The notes: generated from the sequence alone by a model not told the origin. Positions 23,355-37,070 are shown, numbered from the stretch's first letter. The stretch: DNA of 62,000 nucleotides from Chiloscyllium plagiosum (GCF_004010195.1 NC_057718.1:4086958-4148957), one strand, 5' to 3'. Translations and numbers: made by a program.

Positions 23355-25985
23355 GGATTAAGATCAGGAGTAGGCCATTCAGCCCATTGAGCCTGTTCTG
23401 TCATTCCACACAGATCGTGGATGATCTGATTCTCCACATTCCCACCCATCCGTGATAACTGTTTAAGAAACATCTATTCATCTCTGTTTTAAAAATATCC
23501 AAGAACTTTGCTTCCATCACCTTTTGCAGGAAGAGTTCTAAAAATGTTTGACTCTCTGTGAGACTGGTTTTTTTTCCTCACCTCTGTCATAAACACGCAC
23601 TCTCTTATTTTTAAACTCTGTCCCCTAGTTCTAGATTCTCCTACAACAAGAGGAAACATCCTTTCCACATCCACCCGATAAATTCCCCTCAGGATTGTCA
23701 TGCTTCAATTAACTCACCCCGCACTCTTCCAAACTCCCAGCAGATACAAAAATTGGATGAAGAACTATGGATGCTGGAAATAGAGTCATAAAATCATAGA
23801 GACATACAGCATAGAAACAGGCCCTTCAGCCCATCATGTCTATGCTGACCAACAAACTACACTAATCCCATTTACCTTCAACTGGTACATTGCCAACTGT
23901 GCCCTGGCATTTAAAGTCCATCCAGCAGCTTCTTCAATGTTATGAGAGTACTTTCCTCCACCTCATCTCAGGCAGTACCTTCCATTTTTCTACTACCCTC
24001 TGAGGGAGAAAGGTTTTTCCTCTAAACCACTTACTCCTCACCTTAAACCTATGCCCTGTGGTGTTAAACACATCTGCCATGGAGAAAAGACTCTCACAAT
24101 CCACTCAGTCTATACATCTCATAATACTGTAGACCTCAATCAGATCCCCCTCACCCCCTCTGTTCCAGGGAAAGTGAACCCAGCCTATCTCGTGTCTCCT
24201 CATAACTGAGACTTTGCATCCAAGGCAACGTCCTGGTGAATCTCCTCTGCACCCTCTTCAGTGCAATCATAACCTTCTGTTAGCGTGGTGACCAGAACTG
24301 TGCACAATGTTCTATCTGTGGGTGAACCAATATTTTATAAAGTTCCACAAGTATTCCCTGTTCCTATATTCTACACCCTGGCTAATGAAGGTAAACATCC
24401 CATATGCCTTCTTCCCCTTCCTGTCTACCTGTGCTGACACCTTCAGGGATGTGTGGACTTGTCCCTCAGTGCTCCCTAGGGACAAACCATTCCTTGTGCA
24501 TATACCTCCCTTATACCTTCCAAAGTGCATCACATCACACTTATCAGGGTTAAATTTCTTCTGTTATTGCTCTGCCCAATTTACCAGCTGATCAATATCA
24601 GACTGTAGACTGAAACCATCCTCACTATCAACAGCTCCACCGATTTTCATCTCATCTGCAAAATAATGAATTATACTTCCTCTATTCACATTCAAGTCAT
24701 TAATGTACAGAGCGAACAGCAATTATCCAACACTAACCCCTCAGGTACACCACTAATCACAAAAACAACCTCCACCATTCCCATTGCCTCTTACATGTAA
24801 GCCGGTTTTGGATCCAGTTTGCCAACTTGCCTTGTATTTCATTGGATCTTACATTTTGGGCCAGCCTTGCATGTGGGACCTTGTCACAGGCCTTGCTGAA
24901 GTCCATGTAAACCACATCAATTTTTTTTTATTCATCTATGGGATGTGGATGTTGCTGGCTGGACCAGCATTGACAGCCCAACCCTAGTTGCCCTTGAGAA
25001 GATGGTGGTGAGCTGCCTTCTTGAACTGCTGCAGTCCACTTGCTCTGGGTTCACCCACAATGCCATTCCTGGGGAAATTCCAGGATTTTGACCCAGCAAT
25101 AGTGAAGGAACCGTGATATGTTTCCAAGTCAGGATGGTGAGTGGCTTGGAGGGGAACTTGCAGCGAGTGGTGTTCCCATGTATCTGTTGCTCTTCGTCCT
25201 TCAGGATGGCAGTGGTCGTGGGCTTGGAAGGTGCTGTCTGAGGATTTTTGGTTAATTTCTGCAGTGCATCTTGTAAATAGTACATACTACTGCTACTGAG
25301 CACTGGCGGTGGAGGGAGTGGGTGTTTGTCAGTACAGTATTAATCAAGCGGCTGCTTTGTTCTGCATCATGTCAAGCTTTTTCAGTGTTGTTAGAGTGGA
25401 GCCCATTCAGGCAAGTGGGAATATTCCACCACACTCCTTGTAAGGGTGAACAGGCTTTGGAAATTCTGCAGATGAGTTACTCTCCACAGTATTCCCAGTC
25501 TCTGACTTGCTTTTCTTGCTAAAACCTGCACAACCCTCATCAATATATTTAGTCATCCTTTCAAAATTCTCAATTAAATTAGTCAGACAGGATCTCCCTC
25601 TAACAAATCAGAGCTGACTATCCCTAACCTACCCCTGCCTTTCCATATAATAATTAATCCTTAAAAATCACACAACACCAGGTTATAGTCCAGCAGGTTT
25701 AATTGGAAGCACACTAGCTTTTGGAGCGTCGCTCCTTCATCAGGTAATAGTCCACCTACCACCCGATGAAGGAGCAACGCTCTGAAAGCTAGTGTGCTTC
25801 CAATTAAACCTGTTGGACTATAACCTGGTGTTGTGTGATTTTTAACTTTGTACACCCCAGTCCAACATCGGCATCTCCAAATCTTAATTAATCCTGTCCT
25901 TCAGAACTTTTTCTGATAATTTCCCGACCATTGACACCAGACTGACAGATTTATAATTACCTGTCCTATCCCTGCTGCCCTTCTT
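23355..25985 (-). mobile_element. Stack of CR1 fragments with a nested L2/CR1-group LINE 3' part (about 24920-25500)
   Basis: MHFGR...KKAYGMFTFISQG; GNYKSVSLVSMVGKLSEK; LINE tail at 24920-25060 antisense. Confidence 0.8.
25661..25884. mobile_element. 185-bp palindromic Penelope-type insert with a hammerhead-like core in each arm
   Basis: 25661-25845 near-perfect inverted repeat; taattaatcct duplicated at 25651-25661 and 25885-25895. Confidence 0.85.
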
Positions 25986-26404
25986 GATTTTGATTTTTGA
26001 TTTTGATTTTATTGTCACGTATATTTTACAGTAAAAATACAAATACAGTGAAAAGGTTCCATTTGCTACCACAAAATGGCACCGCTGGAATAATTTAAGA
26101 ATATGGAAAAACAAAGATAAAACTGGAAGAGAGTCCATCAACCCTGAGCCAGATCATCACTCACAATGAGCTCTGCACTGTCACTCCTCCACCACCACTT
26201 CAGTGCCAACTATCCTGGACTCAACAAACAACAAAGTCGCCGATCCTCAAGCACCATCTTTTACCGTTGGGCATACCTTGCCGAAATCACTTCTGATGAT
26301 GTAGCAGCCATTGATTCCAAGTCCCAGAAAAGCAAAAACAGCTAATTCTCCCCGCACTATGCCCGAATCGAGATCTGTGCTGAGCCTGCTCAAGGTCTGT
26401 GGTA

Positions 26405-27390
26405 AGTCTGCCCGAGATCCACACCCTGGGCCTGCCTGAGATCCACACCCTGGGCCTGCCCGAGGTTCACACCCTGAGCCTGCACGATGGTTCACACCCT
26501 GGGTCTGCCTGAGATCCACACCCTGGGCCTGCCCGAGGTTTACACCCTGAGCCTGCCTGAGGTTCACATCCTGGGCCTGCCCGAGATCCACACCCTGGGT
26601 CTGCCCGAGATCCACACCCTGAGCCTGCCTGAGGTTCACACCCTGAGCCTGCCTGAGGTCCACACCCTGGGCCTGCCCGAGGTCCACACCCTGAGCCTGC
26701 CTAAGGCCCCCACCCTGAGCCTGCCTGAGATCCACACCCTGAGCCTGCCTGAGATCCATGCCCTGGGCCTGCCCGAGATCCACACCCTGGACCTGCCCGA
26801 GGTCCACAACCTGAGCCTGCCTGAGGTTCCCACCCTGGGCCTGCCTGAGATCTACACCCTGGGCCTGCCCGAGATCCACACCCTGAGTCTGCCTGAGATC
26901 CACACCCTGGACCTGCCCGAGATCCACACCCTGGGCTTGCCCGAGGTCCACACCCTAAGCCTGCCTGAGGGACACACCCTGGGCCTGCCTGAAGTCCACA
27001 CCCTGGGCCTGCCAGAGATCCACACCCTGGGCTTGCCCAAGGTCCGTGTTTTGCCTGCTTGAGGGACTCACCCTGGGCCTGGCGGAGATCCACACCTTAG
27101 GCCAGCCTGAGGTCCACACACCCTAGGCCTGCCTGAGGCTCACACCCTGAGCTTGCCCAAGGTCCGTGTTTTGCCTGCCTGAGGGACACACCCTGGGCCT
27201 GCTCGAGATCCACACCCTAGGCCTGCCCGAGGCTCACATTCTGGGCCTGCCCAATGTCCGTGTTTTGTCTGCCTGAAGTCCACACCCTGAGCCTCCCCGA
27301 CGTCCATGCCAAGCCTCCCCAGTGTCCACACCCTGGCTTGCCCATGATCTCCCCCTTGACCTGTCCAAAGTCCACACCCTGGGCCTGGTT
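26405..27390. repeat. 24-bp GC-rich minisatellite (cctgcccgagatccacaccctggg), degenerating rightward
   Basis: Directly visible; produces the 8-aa repeats in ORFs 26247-26951 and 26487-27062. Confidence 0.95.
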
Positions 27391-27431
27391 CAAGACCTCT
27401 CGAGGTCAGCACGTTGGGCTCTCGCCATCAA

Positions 27432-28050
27432 CAAAATGAATACAGTTCAGGGAAAGTTCACTAGGATGGTCCCTGGTTTAGAGGGACTGTCTTATGAGCA
27501 AAGGCTAAAAGGGGTGGGATTCTATTCATGGGGACTGAGAAGGATGAGAGATTATCTCATTGAAACATATGGGATTCTTAAAGGGTTGACCGGGTAAATA
27601 CTGTGAGGATGTTTCGCCTCAGGGGATAGTCTAGTACCAGACAGCATCACCTCAGAATAAAGATGTAGCATTTTAAGACTGAGATGAGAAGGAATTTCTT
27701 CTCTCAGAGGATGGTGAGTCTTTGGAACTTCTTGCCATAGAGAGCTGTGGGGGCAGAGTCTTTGTGCATATTTAAAGCTGAGATAGAACAATGGTAGATC
27801 ATTAGGCAAATCAAGGATGATGGGAAAGGGCAAGGAAGTGGACATTAGGAATGTCAGATTCTGGATCAGTGGTGCTGGAAGAGCACAGCAATTCAGGCAG
27901 CATCCGAGGACAGGCAAAATCGACGTTTCGGGCAAAAGCCCTTCATCAGGAATCGGAATTTTTACCCCATTAGGAATGTCAGATCAGCCACGATCCTGTT
28001 GAATTGCAGAGGAGAATTGAGGGACAAATTGCGGTTGTCTTATGTTATTC
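27432..28050 (+). mobile_element. CR1 3' fragment with a Penelope/hammerhead insert (27860-27967)
   Basis: FTRMVPGLEGLSYEQRL; insert flanked by 17-bp duplication cattaggaatgtcagat (27843-27859, 27968-27984). Confidence 0.85.
27922..27949 (-). ncRNA. Minimal hammerhead ribozyme-like core, canonical boxes
   Basis: CUGAUGA-a-gggc(uuuu)gccc-GAAAC-GUC; helix III reduced to palindromic ACGU; helix I pairing weak. Confidence 0.6.
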
Positions 28051-28357
28051 TAGAGAAAGTCACAGTCAAGACAGGAAATGTTTATGTGAAAGAGGAGAGT
28101 TTGTGGAAGAAATAATTGGCCAGCTTTACATATCACATAGAATATATTTCTGTTCCTGCTGGAAATGTTTTTAGGAAGCTGAAAAAGAGGAAATCAGTTT
28201 TAAATAAGACTATGATGGTTTATTTTTAGTTTGAATATTTTAATAGAATCTTTTTTTGAGTTCATTGACATACACACTTTTAACTTTCCAATCACAGTGT
28301 TGTCTGTGGTGCAGAATGCTGCTGGTTGTCTGTTCTCAGTCGGGCTGTGCATTGAAA

Positions 28358-31300
28358 ACATAAGGACCATCACACATAGAAGCAGTGGTCGGCCATATAA
28401 CCCACCAAGTCTGCTCCACCATTCAGTGAGATCGTGGCTGATCTGATAATCCTCAGCTCCACTTTCCTGCCTTTTCCCCATAACCCTTGATTCCTTTATT
28501 GATTAAAAATCTGTCCGTCTCAGCCTTGAATATACTGAATGACCCACCATTGACAGCCCTCTGTGGTAAAGAATTCCATAGACTCAACTCCTTTCTGAAG
28601 GAAGAAATTCCTCCTCATTGCTATCTTAAATATCTGCCCCTACAGACTGAAGTAATATCCTTTGGTCCTAGACTCTCCCACAGGGGGAACCAACCTCACC
28701 GCATTGACCCTGTCAAGTCCCTAAAGACTTGTATGTTTTAATAAGGTCACCTCTCATTCTTCTAAATTCCAACAAGTACAAGCCCAATATGTTCAACCTC
28801 TCCTCATCAGTCAATCCCTCCATAGCTAACATCAGCCTGGTGCATGTTCACTGCACTGCCTCCAATGCCAATATATCATTCCTTAGTTAAGAGTCGAAAT
28901 TGGTCACAGTATTCCAGCAGTGATCTGATCAGTGCCTTGTACAGTTTTCGCAGCACCTCCCCCTCTTCATGCTCCATTCCTTTTGAAAAAAAAGCCAACT
29001 TAACATTCCATTTCCCTTCCCTGTTACCCACAAAACCTGCTCGCATTTTGTGATTTCAGGAGAATAATTAAGGAAGACACTTAAAAAATGAGATCAATCT
29101 AGTTCCAGATAGCCCAAAGGAAAGGGAAGTACAAGAACAATGAGTTTTTGTCAAGTTCCTCCTTTCACATATTTATTTACTGAATTCAGTTGCAAAAGAA
29201 AAATGTGATGTTGTGAAGTGAACACACAATGGTTGCCTTCTCCCTGACTCCTGACAACACCAGTCTCTACCTCAATCCCTGTGCAGCTGAAACCTTCATC
29301 AGAACTTTTGTTACTTTCTGATACAACTTTGGAATCATACAGTACAGACGAGGCCCTTCAGCCAATCAGGTCTGCACTGTCAAAACTCAGCTAACTCTAC
29401 TCTAGTCCCATTTCCCAGCACTAGACCCTCAATGTTATGATACTTCAAATGCTCATCCGAATACTTTTTAAACATTGACAGGTTTTGCCCTTCAACCACA
29501 CTCCCAGACAGTGCATTCTAGACCCCACACCACTCTCTAGTTAAAGGAAAAATATTTCTTCAACGATGTCCGATGCTCCCCTGGCCACTCCCTGAAAAAG
29601 CAGGAGGAATGTTAACATTGTAGCTACAGCAAGCAATAAGGAAAGGAAATGGCTTTTACTGTACGTGGTTTAGAGTACAAGTGAACAGAACTCAACCTCC
29701 AGTTGTACAGCGATATGGCGAGCATACTTTCAGAGTGCTGTGCAGAGTTTTAGCCTCCCTATTATCGAGTCGTAGAGTCAGAAATCCTACAGCACAGAGA
29801 CAGGTCCTTTGGTCCAAACTGGTCCATGCCGACCAAAATGTCTGTCCACTGTAATCTCATTTTCCTGCACTTGGCCCATATCCTTCTAAACATTTCCTAT
29901 CCAGGTATTTGTCCAAATGCCTTTTAAATGTTGTTAATGTACCCACCTCAATCACTTCTGCTGGCAGCTCATTCCATATGCGCACCACCCTCTGTGTAAA
30001 ATGGTTGCCACTCAGGTTCCCTTTTATTCTTTCCCCTCTAACATAAACTGATGCCCTCCAGTCCTCAATCCCCCAACCCTGGGAAAAAGACTGAGTGCAT
30101 TCACTCTATCCATGCCTCTCATGATCTGATGCACTTCTATAAGGTCCTCCCTCAGTCTCCAATGCTCGAAAGAAAAAGTCCTAGCTGGTCCACACTCTTC
30201 CTATGACTCAGATCATTGAGCCCTGGCAACATTCTTGTAAATTTCTTCTGCGCTCTTTCTAGTTTAGTAACGTCCTTCCTATAACAAGGTGACTAAAACT
30301 GAACACAACACTCCAAGTGCGGCCTCACCAATGTCCTATATAACTGCAACAGGACTTTCCAACTTCTAATCTCACTGCCCTGACTGATGAAGGTCAGTGT
30401 GCCAACAGCCTCCTTCACTGCCCTATCTACCTGTGACTCCACTTTCAGAGAGCCGTGCACCTGAACTCCAAGGTCCCTGTGTTCCACTAACCTCCTTAAG
30501 GCTCTTCCATTCAGTATGAATCTCCAACCTTGATTTGACTCTCCAAAATGCAAGACCTCACACTTATCTATATTAAACCCTATTTGCCATTTCTCAGCCC
30601 ACTTCCCCAACTGATCAAGGTTTTGCTGCAATTTCTGATAACCTTCCTCACTATCCATGATACTGCCTATTTGTGTCATCAGCAAACTTACTAATAATGC
30701 CTCCTACATTCTCATCCAGATCATTGATACAGATAACAAATAATAACGAGCCCAGCACCGATGCCTGAGGCACTCCACTAGTCACAGGCCTCCAGTCTGA
30801 CAAGCATCCTTCCATTATTTCCCTCTGGTTCCTACCCTCAGGCTAATTTTGTATCCAATTTGCCAGCTCACCCTGGATTCCATGCAATCTAACCTTCCAG
30901 AGCAGCCTATCATGTGGAACTTTATCAAAGGACTTACTGAAATCCACATAGACTATGTCTACCACCCTGTCCTCATCAACCTTCCTAATCACTTCATCAA
31001 AGAACTCCAACAAATTTGTGAGGTATGATCTCCCACTCACAAAGCCACGCTAACTACTCCTAATCAAATCCTGTCTCTCTAAATGCATATATATCTTTTC
31101 TCTCAGAATCTTACCCACCACAGATGTTAGGCTTACTGGTGTATAGTTCCCAGGCTTTTCTTTGTAGCCCTTTGTGAGTAATGGCACAACATTCATAACC
31201 CTCTAGTCTTCCAAAACCTCGCCTTGGTTAACGATGTTACAAAAATATCAGCCAGGGACCTGCAATTCTTCTCTAGCTTCTTGAAGTGTTCTTGGATATA

Positions 31301-33745
31301 TCTGGTCAGGACCAGGAGATTTACCCACCTTCATACATTCTACTACATCCAATACCTCTTCTACTTTGATATGGACTGTCCCCAAGATATTGCCACTGGC
31401 TTCCCCAAGTTCCCAAGTCTTCATGTCTTTCTCCACCATAAATACAGATGAGATATATTCATTGAGAACCTTGACCATCTCCTGCGGTTCTATGCACACA
31501 TGTCCACTCCAGGATATCCTTGGATTGAAGCAAGAACAGTGAAGGGTTCAGTGAAAGTTGCCTTGCTGAGGGAATGAGGATATGCAGCTGAGAAAATTGA
31601 ATGGATATTTTGGAGTTTAGAAGTACAACAGACAGTGTTTTGAAACACATGGGATTCTGAAGGCATCTGATATGGTAAAAATTGATAGTTTCTACTTGTC
31701 ATAGAATCTAAAATATGGAGGCATGCTCTCAGGTTTAGGGACCAATCATTCTGGACTGAAATGGAGCAAAGTGCCTTCACTTAAAGGATTATAGACTCAG
31801 AGAGTTTTACAGCGCAGAAACAGACTCTTTGGACCAACTCGTTGATGCTGACCAGAAATCCTAAATTAATCCAGTCCCGTTGACCAGCATTTAGCTCATA
31901 TCCCTCTAAACCTTTCCTATTCATATACCCATCCACCATTTCCTCTGGCAGCTCATTCCTCACACGCACCACTCTCTGCATGATCACTTTTGATCACTTT
32001 TAAATCTTTCCTTTCTCACCTCAAGCCTGTGCCTGCTAGTTTTGGACCCCTGTTCCCTGGGGAAAAGATCTTGACTATTCGCCCTATCCATGCCTCTCAA
32101 GATTTTATAAACCTCTATAAGGTCACCCCCTCAGTTTCCGATGCTCCAGGGAAAATAGCTATAGCCTGTTCAGCCTCTCCTTGCAGCTCAAACCCTCCAA
32201 CCCTGGCAATATCCTTGTAAATCTTTTCTGAATGCTTTTTTTCCTATAGCAGGGAGACCAGAATTGCATGCAGTGATCCAAGCGTGGCCTAACCAATGTC
32301 CTGTACAGACTGAACATAACATCCCAACTCCTATGCCCAAGGTACTGACCAATAAAGTTGTGTATTGCTTCACTATCCCTATCAACGTGTCACTGCACTT
32401 TTAAGGAATTATGACCTTTCACCCCAAAGCCTCCTTGTTTGGCCACACCCCCATTAAGTGTATAAGTCCTGACCTGATTTGCCTTACCAAAATGCAACAC
32501 CTCACATTTATCTAAATTAAACTCTTTTGCACGAGGTCCCATTGTACTGTGAGATAGCTTTCTTCGCTGTCCACTGCACCACCAATTTTGGTATCATCTA
32601 CAAGCTTACTAACCATACCTCCTATATTCACATCTAAGTCAATTATATAAATGATGAAAGGCAGTGGACCCAGCAACGATCCTTGCAGAGCACCCCTGGT
32701 CACAAACTTTTGCTCTGACAAACAATCTTCCACCACCACCCTCTGTCTCCTACCTTCAAGCCAATTTTATATCCAAATGACTGGCTCGCGCTGGATTCCA
32801 TGTGATCTACTCTTGCTAATCAGTCTACAATGCGGAACCTTGCCGAATGTTGTGATGCTTTGCAATCCTTTATCCTTGAGGTGAAGTATTTGAACATTTT
32901 AAGTTTGGAATGGACAGATTTTTGACCTCTTAGGAAATCAAGGGATTTGAGATCCAAGATCAGCTGTGATCAATGTGAATGTAGCTCAATGGGCTGAATG
33001 GTCTACTACTATCCTGTTTCTTACGCTATCACAGACTCGATGGGCCAAGCAACTTTTTCTCTGCTGCATGTCTGTATGACTATTTCTTTAATTTGACTCA
33101 GTGAAAGGAAACAGAAAGTGCTGGTGGACAGATATTTATAAGTCTGTAGGAGGATTTATAATGGTATTCCCCAGGGGTCAACTTGAAGGAACAGAAGAAC
33201 ATAAGAACTAGGAGCAGGAGTAGGCCATCTGGTCCATTGGGCCTGCTCCTCCATTCAATAAGATCATGGCTGAACATTTTATGGACTCAGCTCCACTTAC
33301 CCACTCACTCACCATAACCTTAATTCCGTACTGTTCAAAAATCTACCTATCTTTGCCTTAAAAGCATTCAACAAGGAAGCCTCAACTGTTTCACTGGGCA
33401 GGGAATTCCCCAGATTCATAACCCTTTTGGTGAAGAAGTTTCTCCTCAACTCAGTCCTAAATCTGCTGCCCTTTACTTTGAAGCTACCTTATCTATTCTC
33501 TTTGTAATTTCATATCTTTTTATAAGCTGCCCCTTCATTCTTCTAAATTCCAATGAGTATAGTCCAATTTATTCAATCTCTCATCATAACCCAACACTCT
33601 CAACTGTGCAATCAATTTGCTGAACCTCATCTGCACTGCCTCCGATGCCAGTACATCCTTTCTCAAGTTAGCAGACCAAAAACTGTACACAGTACTCCGG
33701 ATGTGTCCTGACCAGCACCCTATACAGCTGCAGTACAATCTCCCT
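28358..33745 (-). mobile_element. Cluster of CR1 fragments (about 28358-29050, 29770-31505, 31790-32850, 33190-33745)
   Basis: RT ORFs 30293-30685, 30843-31040 (YVDFSKSFDKVPH), 32512-32739, 33535-33756. Confidence 0.85.
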
Positions 33746-35571
33746 AGGTATTCCACCGTCTTCCTTCATCAAATTTAAAGATATAGACTCAGGTGCACAG
33801 GGCATAGTTTGCAAATGACACTAAACCTGGAATTCTTGTGAATTGTGAGGAAGGTGGTGATAAACTTCACGAAGGACAGAGGCAGGCCGAGAGTAGTGGG
33901 CAGAAGAGGGCAGATTATATCCTGCGCAGTGAAATATGAAATGATTCCATTTGACAGGAAGAGCAGGAAGAGACAGCAGAAAGGACACAGTTTTAAAGGG
34001 GAGCAGTGGCTGGACAGGTGGAGAGAGTCACTGACAAGGCAAATGGCATTGCTGGTTTTATATTCAGGCAGAAAGAGTCAAAAGGCAAGAAGTTCTGGCT
34101 ATTGTTCATGACACTGGCACAGATTGTGCCTGCTCCTAAGCACTGCCCTGTCAGAAGGACGTGAGGATGTTTTTGTCGAAGACGCAGAAAAGATTCACGG
34201 GAAATGGTTCCAAAGGCGAGAGTCCGGTGACTCGATCGGGAAAACCAGGACTGTTGTCCTTACAGAAGAGAATTTCGAGGGGGTAGTTTTGGTCTTGGTG
34301 TTTAAATCGGGAGGGGTCTGGACAGACTGGACTGGGTGAAACCGGGCTAGATTTAATATTGGACCACACCCAGACCATATCCTGGAGAAAGTTTCAAGGT
34401 GGGCCTGTCCCCATTTTAATAATGTGCCCCCCCCCACCCCAACCCTGCATCACCCGTTCCCCCACACAGCCGTTTAATGAATGTTTGACCAGTAATTGGC
34501 TTTAGGTCAGAGCTTGACCCCCACCTGTGGAGGAAGTGTTGCCTCTAAGAAGTGCCAACTGGTCACATATTTAGAGACAAAAAAACTGTAGATGTTGGAA
34601 TCCAAAATAGACAGGCCGGAGGCTAAAAGAACAAAGCAATCCTGAAGAAGGGTTACACCCAAAATGTCAACTTCTTCACCTCCTGATGCTGCCTGTCTAA
34701 CTTGTCACATGGTCCAAAGGCTCTCTGGTCTCTGCTGAAATATCATCTGGTTCCCAATGACAAGGTGCCATGGAGTCAGATTCAGAGGTAATTGTGTAAT
34801 GGGGAAGGGCAGGGGGCTTTGCGAGACCAAGGCAAAAGGCTGTGCCAACGGAGGGATGTGCGTTTGGCTAAGACAGGATCAGGGAGGAGGTAACAGGAAT
34901 GGTGACCTGGTGGAGACGCTGGTGAGATTAAATAAACCCAGAGGATCCATTCAGGAAGTCCATGCAATGGAAACTGCTCAATGGCTATTTGAAGTAGGCC
35001 TCTCCAGATACGAATTAAATCTCAGTAGGAGCTAGATCATTAGCATTTAAAGCTCTCCAATGGCCATTTTATCCTCCCAACACCTCCTACAACTGGTAAA
35101 ATCACAAGGGGTCCAAACATGGAAGGTAGGTAGTGGGCTCAGCACCACAGAACAGGATTTTGGATTCTTCTCCTGCCAGGTCACCGGCAATGGATGAGAG
35201 GGGTAGTGTAAAGTCAAAAGGTTAACTTTGATTTCTCTTCACAGATGCTGCCAGACCTGCTGCGCTTTTCCAGCAACTCCTGTTTTTGTTTCTGATTTAC
35301 AGCATCCGCAGTTCTTTCTGTGTTGATTTGGCAACCTTTTAGTATTCACTGTCAAACTGAATGGAGCCAGACAGCTATGCAGGTCATTCACTTGATTGAC
35401 TGTTGAATGGGTTATTAATAAGACAATGCTGAAAGGTTTTGGATGGAACAATCGATCCAAATTTCAGTCGAACTGTTTTTGAGACAGCTCAGCTCCGAGG
35501 GTTGGCTCAATCAATAGGGAGATTTACAACATCCAAAACTATCTTTTGTAACATTCCTTTCTGAGGTAGAA

Positions 35572-37070
35572 GCTTAAAAATGTGTTGCTGGAAAAGCGCG
35601 GCAGGTCAGGCAGCATCCAAGGAGCAGGAGAATCGACGTTTCGGGCATGAGCCCTTCTTCAGGAATGAGGAGTGTGTGACAAGCAGGCTAAGATAAAAGG
35701 TAGGGAGGAGGGACTTGGGGGAGGGGCGTTGGGAATGCGATAGGTGGAAGGAGGTTAAGGTGAGGGTGATAGGCCGGNNNNNNNNNNNNNNNNNNNNNNN
35801 NNNNNNNNNNNNNNNNNNNNNNNNNNNNNNNNNNNNNNNNNNNNNNNNNNNNNNNNNNNNNNNNNNNNNNNNNNNNNNNNNNNNNNNNNNNNNNNNNNNN
35901 NNNNNNNNNNNNNNNNNNNNNNNNNNNNNNNNNNNNNNNNNNNNNNNNNNNNNNNNNNNNNNNNNNNNNNNNNNNNNNNNNNNNNNNNNNNNNNNNNNNN
36001 NNNNNNNNNNNNNNNNNNNNNNNNNNNNNNNNNNNNNNNNNNNNNNNNNNNNNNNNNNNNNNNNNNNNNNNNNNNNNNNNNNNNNNNNNNNNNNNNNNNN
36101 NNNNNNNNNNNNNNNNNNNNNNNNNNNNNNNNNNNNNNNNNNNNNNNNNNNNNNNNNNNNNNNNNNNNNNNNNNNNNNNNNNNNNNNNNNNNNNNNNNNN
36201 NNNNNNNNNNNNNNNNNNNNNNNNNNNNNNNNNNNNNNNNNNNNNNNNNNNNNNNNNNNNNNNNNNNNNNNNNNNNNNNNNNNNNNNNNNNNNNNNNNNN
36301 NNNNNNNNNNNNNNNNNNNNNNNNNNNNNNNNNCACCAACCCAACCTCCACTCCCGGCACCTTCCCCTGCAACCGCAAAAAATGCAAAACTTGCGCCCAT
36401 ACCTCCCCCCTCACTTCCCTCCAAGGCCCCAAGTGATCCTTCAATATCCATCAGAAATTCACTTGCACCTCCACACACATCATTTACTGCATCCTCTGCA
36501 CCCGATGTGGCCTCCTATACATTGGGGAGACAAGCCGCCTACTTGCGGAACGTTTCAGAGAAATACCTCTGGGACACCAGCACCAACCAACCCAACCGCC
36601 CCGTGGCTGAACACTTTAACTCCCCCTCCCACTCCCCCAAGGACATGCAGGTCCTTGGACTTTTCCATCACTAGACCATGGCATCACGACGCCTGGAGGA
36701 AGAGCGACTCATCTTCCGCCTAGGAACCCTCCAACCACAAGGGATGAATGCAGATTTCTCCAGCTTCCTCAGTTCCCCTCCCCACACCTTTTCTCAGTCC
36801 CAACCCTGAGACTCAGCACTGCCTTCTTGACCTGCAATCTTCTTCCCGACCTCTCCGGCCTATCACCCTCACCTTAACCTCCTTCCACCTATCTCATTCC
36901 CAACGCCCCTCCCCCAAGTCCCTCCTCCCTACCTTTTATCTTAGCCTGCTTGGCACACCCTCCACATTCCTGAAGAAGGGCTTATGCCCGAAACGTCGAT
37001 TCTCCTTCTCCTTGGATGCTACCTGACCTGCTGCGCTTTTCCAGCAACACATTTTTAAGCTCTGATCTCC
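35572..37070 (+). mobile_element. Penelope-like element: inverted 5' pLTR, gap, GIY-YIG endonuclease, 3' pLTR
   Basis: 36334-36760 encodes PGTFPCNRKKCKTC...IIYCILCTRCGLLYIGETSR...VAEHFN; 35572-35777 is the reverse complement of about 36855-37060; hammerhead-like cores at 35635-35662 (-) and 36970-36997 (+). Confidence 0.9.
35778..36333. other. Assembly gap (556 N)
   Basis: Run of N. Confidence 1.

Noticed and set aside
26247..27093. Long repetitive ORFs (234 aa, 191 aa, 130 aa)
   Set aside because: By-products of a stop-free 24-bp minisatellite; no splice or start context
26405..27390. CRISPR-like array
   Set aside because: Contiguous units without unique spacers; eukaryotic context; no cas genes
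35606..36674. ORFs of 218-319 aa
   Set aside because: Artefacts of reading through the N gap
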